Positions 37,101 through 48,902 of a stretch of DNA of 64,000 nucleotides are shown in pieces. This DNA is from Pristiophorus japonicus (Eukaryota), in assembly GCF_044704955.1 (NCBI RefSeq), contig NC_091984.1:147746001-147810000 (forward strand). The letters are read 5' to 3'. The notes beneath the pieces were generated by a model that saw only the letters and a program-made list of their open reading frames with translations, was not told where the DNA came from and did no database searches. Position 1 is the first letter of the stretch; each line of letters opens with the position of its first letter. The translations under genes were made by a program, and so were the position numbers.

Positions 37101-40100
37101 TTAAAATTCTGACAGGTTTAGACAGGTTAGATGCAGGAAGAATGTTCCCAATGTTGGGGAAGTCCAGAACCAGGGGTCACAGTCTGAGGATAAGGGGTAA
37201 GCCATTTAGGACCGAGATGAGGAGAAACTTCTTCACCTAGAGAGTGGTGAACCTGTGGAATTCTCTACCACAGAAAGTAGTTGAGGCCAATTCATTAAAT
37301 ATATTCAAAAGGGAGTTAGATCAAGTCCTTACTACTCGGGGGATCAAGGGTTATGGCGAGAAAACAGGAAGGGGGTACTGAAGTTTCATGTTCAGCCATG
37401 AGCTCATTGAATGGCGGTGCAGGCTAGAAGGGCTGAATGGCCTGCTCCTGCACCTATTTTCTATGTTTCTATGTTTCTATACTTCCTTAAATAAGGTGAC
37501 CAAAACTGCACGCAGTACTCTAGATGCGGCCTCACCAATACCCTGTACATTTGCAGCAGGACCTCCCTGCTTTTGTACTCCATCCCTCTCGCAATGAAGG
37601 CCAACATTCCATTCGCCTTCCTGATTACCTGCTGCACCTGCAAACTAACTTTTTGGGATTCATGTACAAGGACCCCCAGGTCCCTCAGCACCGCAGCATG
37701 TTGTAATTTCTCCCCATTCAAATAATATTTCCTTTTACTGTTTTTTTTTCCCCAAGGTGGATGACCTCATATTTTCTGACATTGTATTCCATCTGCCAAA
37801 CCTTAGCCCATTCGCTTTATCTATCTAAATCTCTTTGCAGCCTCTCTGTGTCCTCTACACAACCCGCTTTCCCACTAATCTTTGTGTCATCTGCAAATTT
37901 TGTTACGTTACACTCTGTCCCCTCTTCCAGGTCATCTATGTACATTGTAAACAGTTGTGGTCCCAGCACCGATCCCTGTGGCACACCACTAACCACTGAT
38001 TCCAACCCAAAAAGAATCCATTTATCCCGAATCTCTGCTTTCTGTTAGCCAGCCAATTCTCTATCCATGCTAATACATTTCCTCTGACCCCGCGTACCTT
38101 TATCTTCTGCAGTAACCTTTTGTGTGGCACCTTATCGAATGCCTTTTGGAAATCTAAATACACCACATCCATCGGTACACCTCTATCCACCATGCTCGTT
38201 ATATCCTCAAACAATTCCAGTAAATTAGTTAAACATGATTTCCCCTTCATGAATCCATGTTGCGTCTGCTTGATTGCACTATTCCTATGTAGATGACCCG
38301 CTATTTCTTCCTTAATGATAGCTTCAAGCATTTTCCCACTACAGATGTTAAACTAACCGGCCTATAGTTACCTGCCTTTTGTCTGCCCCCTTTTTAAAAC
38401 AGAGGCGTCACATTAGCTGCTTTCCAATCCGCTGGTACCTCCCCAGAGTCCAGAGAATTTTGGTAGATTATAACGAATGCATCTGCTATAACTTCCGCAT
38501 CTCTTTTAATACCCTGGGATGCATTTCATCAGGACCAGGGGACTTGTCTACCTTGAGTCCCATTAGCCTGTCTAGCACTACCCCTCTAGTGATAGTGATT
38601 GTCTCAAGGTCCTCCGTTCCCACATTCCCATGACCAGCAATTTTTGGCATGGTTTTTGTGTCTTCCACTGTGAAGACCGAAGCAAAATAATTGTTTAAGG
38701 TCTCAGCCATTTCCACATTTCCCATTATTAAATCCCTCTTCTCATCTTCTAAGGGACCAACATTTACTTTAGTCACTCCTTTCCGTTTTATATATCGGTA
38801 AAATTTTTTACTATCTGTTTTTATGTTTTGCGCACGTTTACTTTCGTAATCTATCTTTCCTTTCTTTATTGCTTTCTTAGTCATTCTTTGCTGTCATTTA
38901 AAATTTTCCCAATCTTCTAGTTTCCCACTAACCTTGGCCATCTTATACCCATTGGTTTTTAATTTGATACTCTCCTTTATTCCTTGGTTATCCACGGCTG
39001 GTTATCCCTTCTCTTCCCGCCCTTCTTTTCACTGGAATATATTTTTGTTGAGCACTATAAAAGAGCTCCATCCAGTCCTCCACTGTTCCTCAATTGTGCC
39101 ACCGTTTAGTCTGTGTTTCCAGTCTACTTTAGCCAACTCTGCCCTCATCCCACTGTAGTCCCCTTTGTTGAAGCATAGTACGCTCGTTTGAGACACTACT
39201 TCCTCACCCTCAATCTGTATTACAAAATCAACCATGCTGTGATAACTCATTCCGAGAGGATCTTTTACTTGGAGATCGTTTATTATTCCTGCCTCATTAC
39301 ACAGGACCAGATCTAAGATAGCTTGCTCCCTGCTCCCTTCCCCTCACACGCCCTCGAAACATCCGACCAATTACTTTAAATCTATGCCCCCTGGTTGTTG
39401 ACCCCTCTGCTAAGGGAAATAGATCCTTCCTATCCACTCTATTTCAGCCCCTAAAAAGTTTATACACCTCAATAAGGTCTCCCCTCAGCCTCCTCTGTTC
39501 CACGGAAAACACCCCCAGCCTATCCAATCTTTCCTCATGGCTAAAATTTTCCAGTCCAGGCAACATCCTCGTAAATCTGCCGATGTGCAATTGGTTGTAA
39601 AGCACCTTGGGATGTCCTGAGGTGGTGAAAGGCGCTATACAAATTCAAGGCTTTCTTTCATTGAAGTGGGAGGGCCCTGATCCTAACCCTCACCCATTGT
39701 CCGCGCACTCTGACCTTCCAGGAGGTCACGGGATCATTGGGAGCAGTGACCCTGTCTGACCTCGGTATTTTGAGGCTAATTGTCGCCTCACCCTTGACCT
39801 CACCCCGGTGCTGGGCAGCAAGCTTTTAAATACAATCTAGAAGCTTCTACACCATCACCCAACATGAAGCCTTGCTGAAGTGTGTTTATACAAGTGTGTC
39901 GCAATGTTCCCAGATAAAGTTCTCCCGATCTGTGTGTGATCTGAGCTTTCTCACTGCTGAGCCTGTTTCCCCTGTATCCACCCATCTACAGTTCGAGCTT
40001 CCTGCCAGTGAACAGTGTCTTAACGGAACACTCAGTCTTTACCGACTCTTACTGTTAACCATTTCAATGCTGAATGTGTGCCAACCCTGCACTGCAGATG

Positions 40101-40430
40101 TTTATACAACAGTCCAATATGATTTTGGGTATCAGCTGTGGCTCAGTGTGTTTCACTCTCGCCTCTGAGTCAGAAGGTTGTGGGTTCAAGTCCCACTCCA
40201 GGGACTTGAGCACAAAAATCTAGGCTGACACTGCAGTGCAGTGCTGAGGGAGAGCTGCACTGTTGGAGGGGCCGTCTTTCGGATGAGACGTTAAACCGAG
40301 GCCCAGTCTGCCCTCTCGGGTGGATGTAAAAGATCCCAGGGTACTATTTCGAAGAAGAGCAGGGGAGTTCCCCCTGGTGTCCTGGTCAATATTTATCCGT
40401 CAAGCAACATGACAGAAGAACACATTATCA
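34200..40430 (+). repeat. Direct duplicate of J-C intron segments (34200-35506 ~ 22500-24140; 39340-40430 ~ 28830-29920)
   Basis: Colinear unique blocks and identical TE junctions in the same order. Confidence 0.9.
35507..39330. mobile_element. CR1 (-) interrupted by a younger CR1 (+, about 36036-37480)
   Basis: 344-aa RT ORF 36206-37240; flanking - strand CR1 halves are contiguous across it. Confidence 0.9.
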
Positions 40431-40924
40431 CCACCCTCTGAGTGAAGATGTTTATCCTCATCTCAGTTCTAAATGGCTGACCTCTTATTCGGAGACTTGT
40501 GATCCCTGGTTCGAGACTCCCCAGCCAGACAAAACATCCTCCCTGCATCTACCTTGTAAAGCCCTGTCAGAATTGTATATGTTTCAATGGGATCCCTTCT
40601 CATCCTTCGAAACTCTAGAGAGTATAGGCCTTGGAACTTGCGGAACCAGGCGGGTAGATGGAGTTCAGATACAGATGAGCAATGATCTGATTGAATGGGG
40701 GAACAGGCTCGAGGGGCTGAATGGCCTCCTCCTGTTCATTGTGTCCAGCAGCAGCTGTGTACCTCTCCGCAACCTCATCTTGACTTTTATCAGTCGCATC
40801 AGAGCCTTGATTCCCTCACCAGGGGTCTGGTGTTTCCAGATCAATGTCCAGCTGATCGATGCCATGAGTCAGACTCAGTGAGCGCTGTCAGAGGATGGAA
40901 AGGCTGCTCTAACTGCAGCCTTGT

Positions 40925-41700
40925 TCTAATGCATTTGGGGCGGGGCAACAAGGCAAGGGAATACACAATAAATGGGATGGTACTGAGAGGGGTGGAGGAA
41001 CGGAGGGACCTTGGAGTGCATGTCCACAGATCCGTGAAGGTAGCAGGCCAGGTCGATAAGATGGTTAAAAAGGCATACGGATTACTTGCCTTTTTAGCTG
41101 AGGCATTGAATACAAGAGCAGGGAGGTTATGCTTGAACTGTATAAAACACTAGTTAGGCCACAGCTAGAGTACTGCGTGCAGTCCTGGTCACCACATTAC
41201 AGGAAAGATGTGATTACAGAGGAGATTCACGAGGATGTTGCCAGAACTGGAGAATTTTAGCTCTGAGGAAAGATTGGATCTGCTGGGGGTGTTTTCTTTG
41301 GAACAGAGGAGGCTGAGGGGAGACCTTATTGAGGTGTGTAAAATGATGAGGGGCCTAGATAGAGTGGATAGAATGGACCCATTTCCCTTAGCAGAGGGGT
41401 CAACAACCAGGGGGCATAGATTTAAAGTAATTGGTGGAAGGTTTAGAGGGGAGATGAGGAAACAATTCTTCACCCAGAGGGTGGTGGGGGTCTGGAACTC
41501 ACTGCCTGAAAGGGTGGTAGAGACAGAAACCCTCACCACATTTAAAAAGTACTTGGATGTGCACTTAAAGTGCTGTAACCCACAGGGCTACGTACCCAGA
41601 GCTGGAAAGTGGGATTAGGCTGGGTAGCTCTTTGTTGACCGGCGCGGACATGATGGGCCGAAATGGCCTCCTTCCGTCCTGTAATTTTCTGTGATTCTAT
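40925..41700 (+). mobile_element. CR1 3' fragment
   Basis: LEQRRLRGDLIE, FFTQRVV; gattctat tail. Confidence 0.85.
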
Positions 41701-42124
41701 GATCGTGCTGGTGGTGTTGACCACTTTAAAAGACGCAGCATACATTTTATTGAAGCTATTTCCGTTCCCGGTTTCCCCACTGCCAATAATTAGATCAATT
41801 CATGCTGCAGCGCCCCCTTGTGGTACATCTATATGTGCTCCACCCAAACCCCTGCTTGCAACCCTTGAACTCACATTGCCTCCGCTTCCTGGAGCCCCGC
41901 TCCTTTATCACAGCATCTCACAGCACAGAGGGAGGCCATTCGGCCCATCAAACCAGTGCTGGCTCTTTGAAAGAGCAATGGACTACTATGGCCTGGACTA
42001 ATGATCCAGAGACACGAGTTCAAATCCCAGCACGGCAGCTGGGGAATTTAATTCAGTTGATTTGGAATAAAAAGCGAGTGTCAGTAATGGTGACCATGAA
42101 ACTGCCAGATTGTCGCAAAAACCC

Positions 42125-44665
42125 ACCTACCTGGCCTGCTACCTTCAGGGATCTGTGGACATGCAAACCAAGGTCCCTTTGTTCCTCTACACCTTTCAGT
42201 GTCCTACCATTTAATGTATATTCCCTTGCCTTGATAGACCTCCCCAAATGCATGACCTCACACTTCTCCGGATTAAATTCCATTTGCCACTGTTCTGCCC
42301 ACCTGACCATTTCATTGATATCTTTCTGCAATCTGCAGCTCTTTTCTTCATTATCAACCACACGACCGATTTTAGTGTCATCTTCAAACTTCTGAATCAT
42401 ACCCCCGACATTCAAGTCTAATACCCCTCTAAAGTTCCTGCAGTATTGAGCCCTGTCATAAGCCTTCCTTTTTTAATTTATCCTACACTGTACTTCCCTT
42501 GACATCCAGAGGCCTCTAGATTTGTTAGCCCCACCCTTTTTCTTTAAGGGAACAGACTTACTCTGAAACCACAGGATTTCCTCCTTGAATGCCTCCCACT
42601 GCTCTGACACTGATTTACCTTCAAGTAGCCGTTTCCAGTCCACTTTGGCCAAATCTCATCTCAGCTCAGCAAAATTGGCTTTTCCCCAACTGAGAACTTT
42701 TATTCCTGGTCTCTATCTTTGTCCTTTTCCATAACTACCCTAAATCTAACTGAATTATGATCACTGGAACCAAAATGCTCTCCCACTGATACCCCTTCCA
42801 CCTACCCCTCTTCATCCCCCCAAACCAAGTCCAGAACCGTTCCCTCCCTTGTTGGGCTTGTTACAAACTGGCTAAAAAAGTTCTCCTGAAGGCATTTTAG
42901 GAATTCCGCACCCTCTATATCTTTCACACTAATTTTATCCCAGTTAATGTTAGGGTAGTTGAAATCCCCTGCTATAACTGCCCTATAGTTTTTGCACTTG
43001 TCAGAAATGGGCCCACATATTTGATCTTCTCTCTCCCTCTGACTGTTTGGGGGTCTATAGTACACTCCCAGCAGTGTGATTACCCCTTTTTCGTTCTTCA
43101 ATTCGACCTATATGGCCTCATTTGATGATCCTTCCGACATATCATCCCTCCTCACAGCTGTAATTGTTTCTTTCAATTGTTTCACAACTGCGACCCCCTC
43201 CTTTTTTATCCCCCTCTCTATCCCATCTGAAAACCCTGTAACCAGGAATGTTGAGCTGCCATACCTGCCCTTCTTTCAGCCATGTCTCAGTAATAGCTAT
43301 AATATCGTACTCCCAAGTGTCTATCTGTGCTCTCAGCTCATCTGCCTTATTCCCTATACTCCATGCATTGAAGTATATACCATTGAGCACTGCCAAACTG
43401 CCTTGTTGTCTATTTTCTAGGCTTTGTTTCCTCTGTCTTCCAAAATCACTTTCTATTTTTCTGCTTTCCAATTCCAGCTTTGCTTCTCTTCCCACTGAAT
43501 CCATTCTCAGGTTCCCATCCCCTGGTAAGCAAGTTTAAACCCTCCCCAAAGGCAATAGCAAATCCCCCCACAACGATATTCGTCCCGGCTCTGTTGAGGT
43601 GCAACCCATCCGGCTTGTACAGGTCCCACCTCCCCAGAAATGGTCCCAATACCTCAGGAAACTAAAGCCCTCCCTCCTGCAACATCTCTCTCGCCATATA
43701 GTCATCTGCTTTACCCTCCTATTTCTGCAGTCACTATTGTGAGCTCAAAATAAAGTGTGACATTAGTCTTTTTTGCAGGTTTCCAGAGTGCCCCCGCATC
43801 CTGTGAAGCCTCCTTAAATACCTGTACTCCCAAGGGATTATGGGATTCCTTGGGACTCCAGGGGATGAGCCCTTTGGTGGCTGTCCATAGTAAATACAAG
43901 TCCACATATATAACAACTAGCACGTGGCACTGGCAGTAATACGGAGATTCCTACCTTTTGATGTCTTGCTTTTTTATCTCTCTCCTTGCTCCCTACTCTC
44001 CCCCTGTAGGATCTCATCCCTCTTTCTACCTGTGTCATTGGTACAGATATGGACCACAATCTCTGGCTGTTCACCCTCCCCCCTCAGAATGTACTGCAGC
44101 CACGCAGTGACATCCTTGACCCTGGCACCAGGCAGGCAACATACCATCCTGGGGTCACGTCTGCGGCCGCAGTAATGCCTGTCTGTTCCCCTAACTATCA
44201 AATCCCCTAGCACTATTGCTCTTCCACTCTTCTTCCTCCCCCCTGTGCAGCTGAGCCACCCGTGGTGCCGTGGACTTGGCTCTGGCTGCACTTCCTAGAG
44301 GAACCATCGCCCCCACCAGTACTCAGAACACAATACTGGTTGGAGAGCAAGATGGACTCGGGGGACTCCTGCACTCCCTGCCTGGACCTCCTCTTCTGTC
44401 TGGTGGTCACCCATTCCCTCTCTGCCTGCACAGTCTTAAGCTGCGTGGTGGCCATCTTTAGAAACGTGCTATACATAAAGTTCTCAGCCTCGCGGATGCA
44501 CCGCAGTGACTCCAGCCGCCGCTCAATCTCCAACACGCGGAGCTCGAGTTGCTGTAACTGGTGACACTGACTGCACATGTGGTCGTCCAGGCCACGAGAA
44601 GCATCCAGGACTTCCCACATGGCACAGGATGTGCTCTCCACGGGACAGAACTGCCCTGCCATGCC
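42125..44665 (-). mobile_element. CR1 LINE retaining ORF1 (Cys-rich/coiled coil + esterase-like) and the ORF2 endonuclease; defective
   Basis: C..WE...H.C..C; IVLGD.IVRG...CCLPGARV.D; YFNAWSI.NK...DIIAITETWL; GVYYRPP. Confidence 0.88.
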
Positions 44666-45106
44666 TCTATTTAATAGACTGAGAAATGACTGAGCAGAAA
44701 TAAACTTAAAACTATTAAAAAAACAAATAATAGCCTGGCCTACATCAGTTCGGCCATAATTTGTGGATTCTTTCACCCCACTGAGGGCGAACACCATCGA
44801 TGGGCCATTAATGGTCGTAAGTTTTCAGCTCAGTCAGCTGTGGCTCAATGGGCAGCACACTCACCTCTGAGTCCAAAAGTTGTAGGTTCAAGTCCCACTC
44901 CAGAGACTAAGCTCAGAAATCTAGACTGACAGTCCCAGTGCAGTACTGAGGGAGTGACGCATTGTTGGAGGAGCCGTCTTTCAGGTGAGAGGTTAAACTG
45001 AGGCCTTGCCTGCCCTCTCAGTTAATGATCCCATGCCACGACTTTGAAGAAGAGCAGGGGTGTCCTGGCCAATATTTATCCCTCAATCAACATCACAAAA
45101 TCAGAC

Positions 45107-45571
45107 TGGGGTTGAAATTGCCCTGCTGTGCACCTACCATTAGTGCCTCCAGGGGCCACTAAGGAGATGGGACAGTGTTTTTCCCGGGGAGGTGGGGACA
45201 GCTACCAGCTCCCGCGGGATTTTGCAGAAACACGCAACGGAGAACGTCCCATGAGCCGTGTCTGTGCCAGTCCTGAGGGTCACGAACCGGTCCGCACTTC
45301 GCTGGCGAGGTGAAGCTTACTGCGATGTGCGTGTCGCCATTTGATTTTGCCGAATTACCGGTCGGGCCTTTCTGTGCCAATGTGGCGGGGTTGGTGCTGC
45401 GATGGTGCAGCCCAACACTCGCCCCCCCCGAGCCCACCCCCAGGGGAAGTGCAGTGCACCACATTGCGCTCCACTTCCTGTCAGGGGCCGTGACCTCAAT
45501 TTCGCTCCCGGGGCGGGACTTCGGCGTGGGAAAAGTTACTGCACCATCCGGGGCAATATGCAATTTAGGCC
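45107..45571. mobile_element. Probable non-autonomous DNA element (Harbinger-like MITE) inserted into a SINE
   Basis: Imperfect TIRs ggggttgaaattgc...gcaatttaggccc; SINE sequence resumes right after it. Confidence 0.55.
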
Positions 45572-47274
45572 CATTATCTGGTCATAGTCACATGTGGGAG
45601 CTTGCTATGCACAAACTGTCTGTCGTGTCTCCTCCATTACCGCAGTGACTACACTTCAAAAATACTTCATTGGCTGTAAAGCGCTTTGGGATGTCCTGAG
45701 GTGGTGAAAGGCGCTATATAAATGCAAGTCTTTCATACCAATTCAGCTCAACATCTTTGAAACACAAACCCGCGGACAGTGACGGACAGGTAAAGACCCT
45801 GTGGTCCATCCAGCCCGTCCCACACAATTGTGATACCTTGAGTATCACAGTATAGACTCTCCACCCCACCCAAACCTACCTGATCTCCTGGGAGAGGCGA
45901 AAAACCAGGGAAAAAACCCATTGGGGGAAATAACTCTGGGAAACTCCTCTCCGACCGCCCCCGCTCCCCCCGCAGGCGATGGAAACTAGTCCAGGAGGTC
46001 ACTGTGGCCCTGAATTCCCTGCAGTAACTACCTTCTGTAAGTGGTGATCTCCGCACCGGCCACAAACAGGTCCTGCTCTCGCTTATGTACACCTCATGGA
46101 TTTAAAATTACAAGCTTTCCCCACAGTGTCAAGTGCTGCAAATACTGTGTTACATTATCAGGGTTATATTCTCACTGTCTGTCATTGTCACAACACTCGC
46201 TTTATAAATGCAAGTTGTTGTTGTGTTCAGGGGCCGCTGTATCTGTCTCAGGCTTCTTATCCATCCCCCCTTCCCTTCACCCTCCATTGGGGGCCGTGCC
46301 TTCAGCTGCCTGGGCCCTAACTCCCTGCTCCCTAAACCTCTCTGCCACTCCACCCCTCTCCTCTTTTAAGATCTCCCTTCAAACCCAATCTGTGACTCTC
46401 CCTCCCAGCCCCTCCCCCTTTGGCTCAGCACCACTTTGACCAGATTACGCCTCTGTCAGCTGCCTCGGGATGTTGTTCTAATGTTCCAGTTGTACAGCAA
46501 ATCAGGTTGTTGCTGCTGTACCTGGTGGCAGAGCGTCTCTGTGTAGATATACCCCGTGCACCGAGCTCCGCGGTGAGGCCTCCCACAGTGGAATGGCCTG
46601 CCGATGCTCGCTGCAGTGCGGAGTGGCTACTGACCCGCCAATTGGTCTGAGACACCGCCTCACGAGCGGACAAGGAGATACACGCTGAGATCCATCATCA
46701 AATGACACGTGGGGAACTGGAAATTATTCTGCAAACCTGACTGGAGGTTTGGTACAAACGGGTTTTACAAACCAATCAATTGAGTGACACAGAAATTGTC
46801 CAAAAATTTGGTCTTTTCAGAATCAACATCGCCCCCTTTTGGTATGAAGACAGCACTGCCAATTTCCCTCACAATTTGACTGAGCTGCAATTTTCAATGT
46901 CTCCTTACGTGGCTCGCTGTCAATCTTTATTCTATAATGCTCCTGTGAAGTGCTCGGGGAGTTTTCCTGTGTTAAAGGTGCTGTATAAAAGTTGCTGTTT
47001 TTGTTTGTTCTGAGTTAGCTGTTTCAACTGAGGTCAGGATATGACTCACAGCTCAGACTGTGTGGCATCCAGTGATGCAATGTTGTATCTGGGTTCAAGC
47101 CCCACTCTAGGGATCTGAGTGCAAAATAAAGACATACACTACTGTGCAGTCCTGAGGGAGTGCTGCACTGTCAGAGGGGCAGTACTGAGGGAGTGCCGCA
47201 CTGTCGGAGGGGTGGTACTGAGGGAGTGCCGCACTGTCGGAGGGTGTGCGTGTGTGCATTGGGAAATTTCAGTC

Positions 47275-48902
47275 CTAGTCACACAGCAATTGTTGGCAAC
47301 GGTCTCTGATGAAGTCCATGTAGCCCCTGTTGGGTTCCCCTGGATTATTCTCAGTTACTGAGGAAGTCTCGGCAGATCCAATACATGGGAATGCCGAGCG
47401 CAGTGTTGACCGACTGGACCTGGTGACCTGCAGCAACACCTGGACCCTCCGATTCCCCCCTTGGCCAAGTTTCCCAGCACACTGTCCTCACTTTATCTCA
47501 CGGCATCTCAGAGCGGTTGAATCGTTGCATGGGATTTGTCTGCAAACAGTTGGATGGTGTCTGCTCTCAACTGGATTATGTTCTTACAGAGGCTCGACAG
47601 CGCCTCCTTCTGGTTCTCCTTGTTCTCCCACAACAACAACAACAACTTGTATTTATATAGCACCTTTAATGGAGTGAAACATCCCAAGGTGCTTCACAGG
47701 AGTATTATGGGATACAAATTTGACACCTAACCGCATAAGTAGAAATTAGTGCTGGTCAAACAGGTCGGTTTTAAGGGGCGTCTTGAAGGAGGAAAAAGAG
47801 GCAGAGAGGTTTAGGGAGGGAGTTCCAGAGCTTGGGGCTCAAGCAACAGAAGGCACGGCCACCAATGGTTGAGCGATTATAATCAGGGATGCTCAGGAGG
47901 GCAGAATTAGAGGAGCGCAGACATCTTGGTTGGTTGTGGAGCTGGAGGAGATTACAGAGATAGGGAGGGGTGAGGCCATGGAGGGATTTGAAAATAAGGA
48001 TGAGAATTTTGAAATCAAAGGCGTTGCTTAACCGGGAGCCAATGTAGGTCAGCGAGCACAGGGGTGATGGGTGAGCGGGACTTGGTGCGAGTTAGGACAC
48101 AGGCAGCCGAGTTTTGGGTCTCCTCTCATTTACGTAGGGTAGAATGTGGGAGACCAGCCAGGATTGCATTGGAATAGTCGAATCTAGAGTTAACAAAGCA
48201 TGGATGAGGGTTTCAGCAGTGGATGAGCTGAGGCAAGTGCGGGGACACGTGATGTTGTGGAGATGGAAATAGACGGTCTTAGTTATGCTGCGGATGTGTG
48301 GTCGAAAGCTCAGACTAATCAACGGGACCGTCACTTTATGAGACCAGTAATGGGCTCCAATTGTAATGTTGCCCAGGCCCATGACACACAGAAACTGGAC
48401 AAGTGTAGAGCAAACACCCCAACAATCTGCTCACCAGCGTGTCTGTGAGCTGCAGCTGTGAAACCCGTGGAGATTTGAACAGCTCTCCGAAGGAGGAAGC
48501 CACGGTGATTGGCTGACAGTCTGGGACGGTAAGGATCGGAGCTGCCTGCCCTTCCACAATGCCCGGCAGGCTGAGGCCAGTGTATTTCACCATTGCTCTG
48601 ACCGGCAGGACAGCCTCCTTGTCGGACTTGCCCAGGTCCATCATCTGGTCCCATCCCCCACTTTTCACCGTGTCCTTACCGACTGTTTTATTATTGATCG
48701 GAGCCAGTGGGTCCTTTAGTGCCCCCACGCAGTCCATGCCCATCTCTGCTTCTCCATGTTTCACACCCAGCTGAGAAATCTCACTGGTTGGATTTGCCGT
48801 GGGGAGCAGTACCATTGAGCAGAGAAACATTAGCACAGGGGTTGAGATGAATGAGCAGGGCGCAGAATAACACAGGAATAATGTAGTCACCACCGCTGCC
48901 AT
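47275..48902 (-). pseudogene. Unidentified decayed coding sequence interrupted by an L2 element
   Basis: gagATGg at 48902, open to 48336; coding-like frames with stops resume at 47630-47275. Confidence 0.35.
47631..48310 (-). mobile_element. L2-like LINE 3' fragment
   Basis: (aac)n tail; HIRSITKTVYFHL...AETLIHA; same family as 33570-33975. Confidence 0.82.

Noticed and set aside
4639-46128. Lone heptamers (4639, 29634, 46122) as a kappa-deleting element or extra RSS
   Set aside because: No convincing nonamer at 12 or 23 nt
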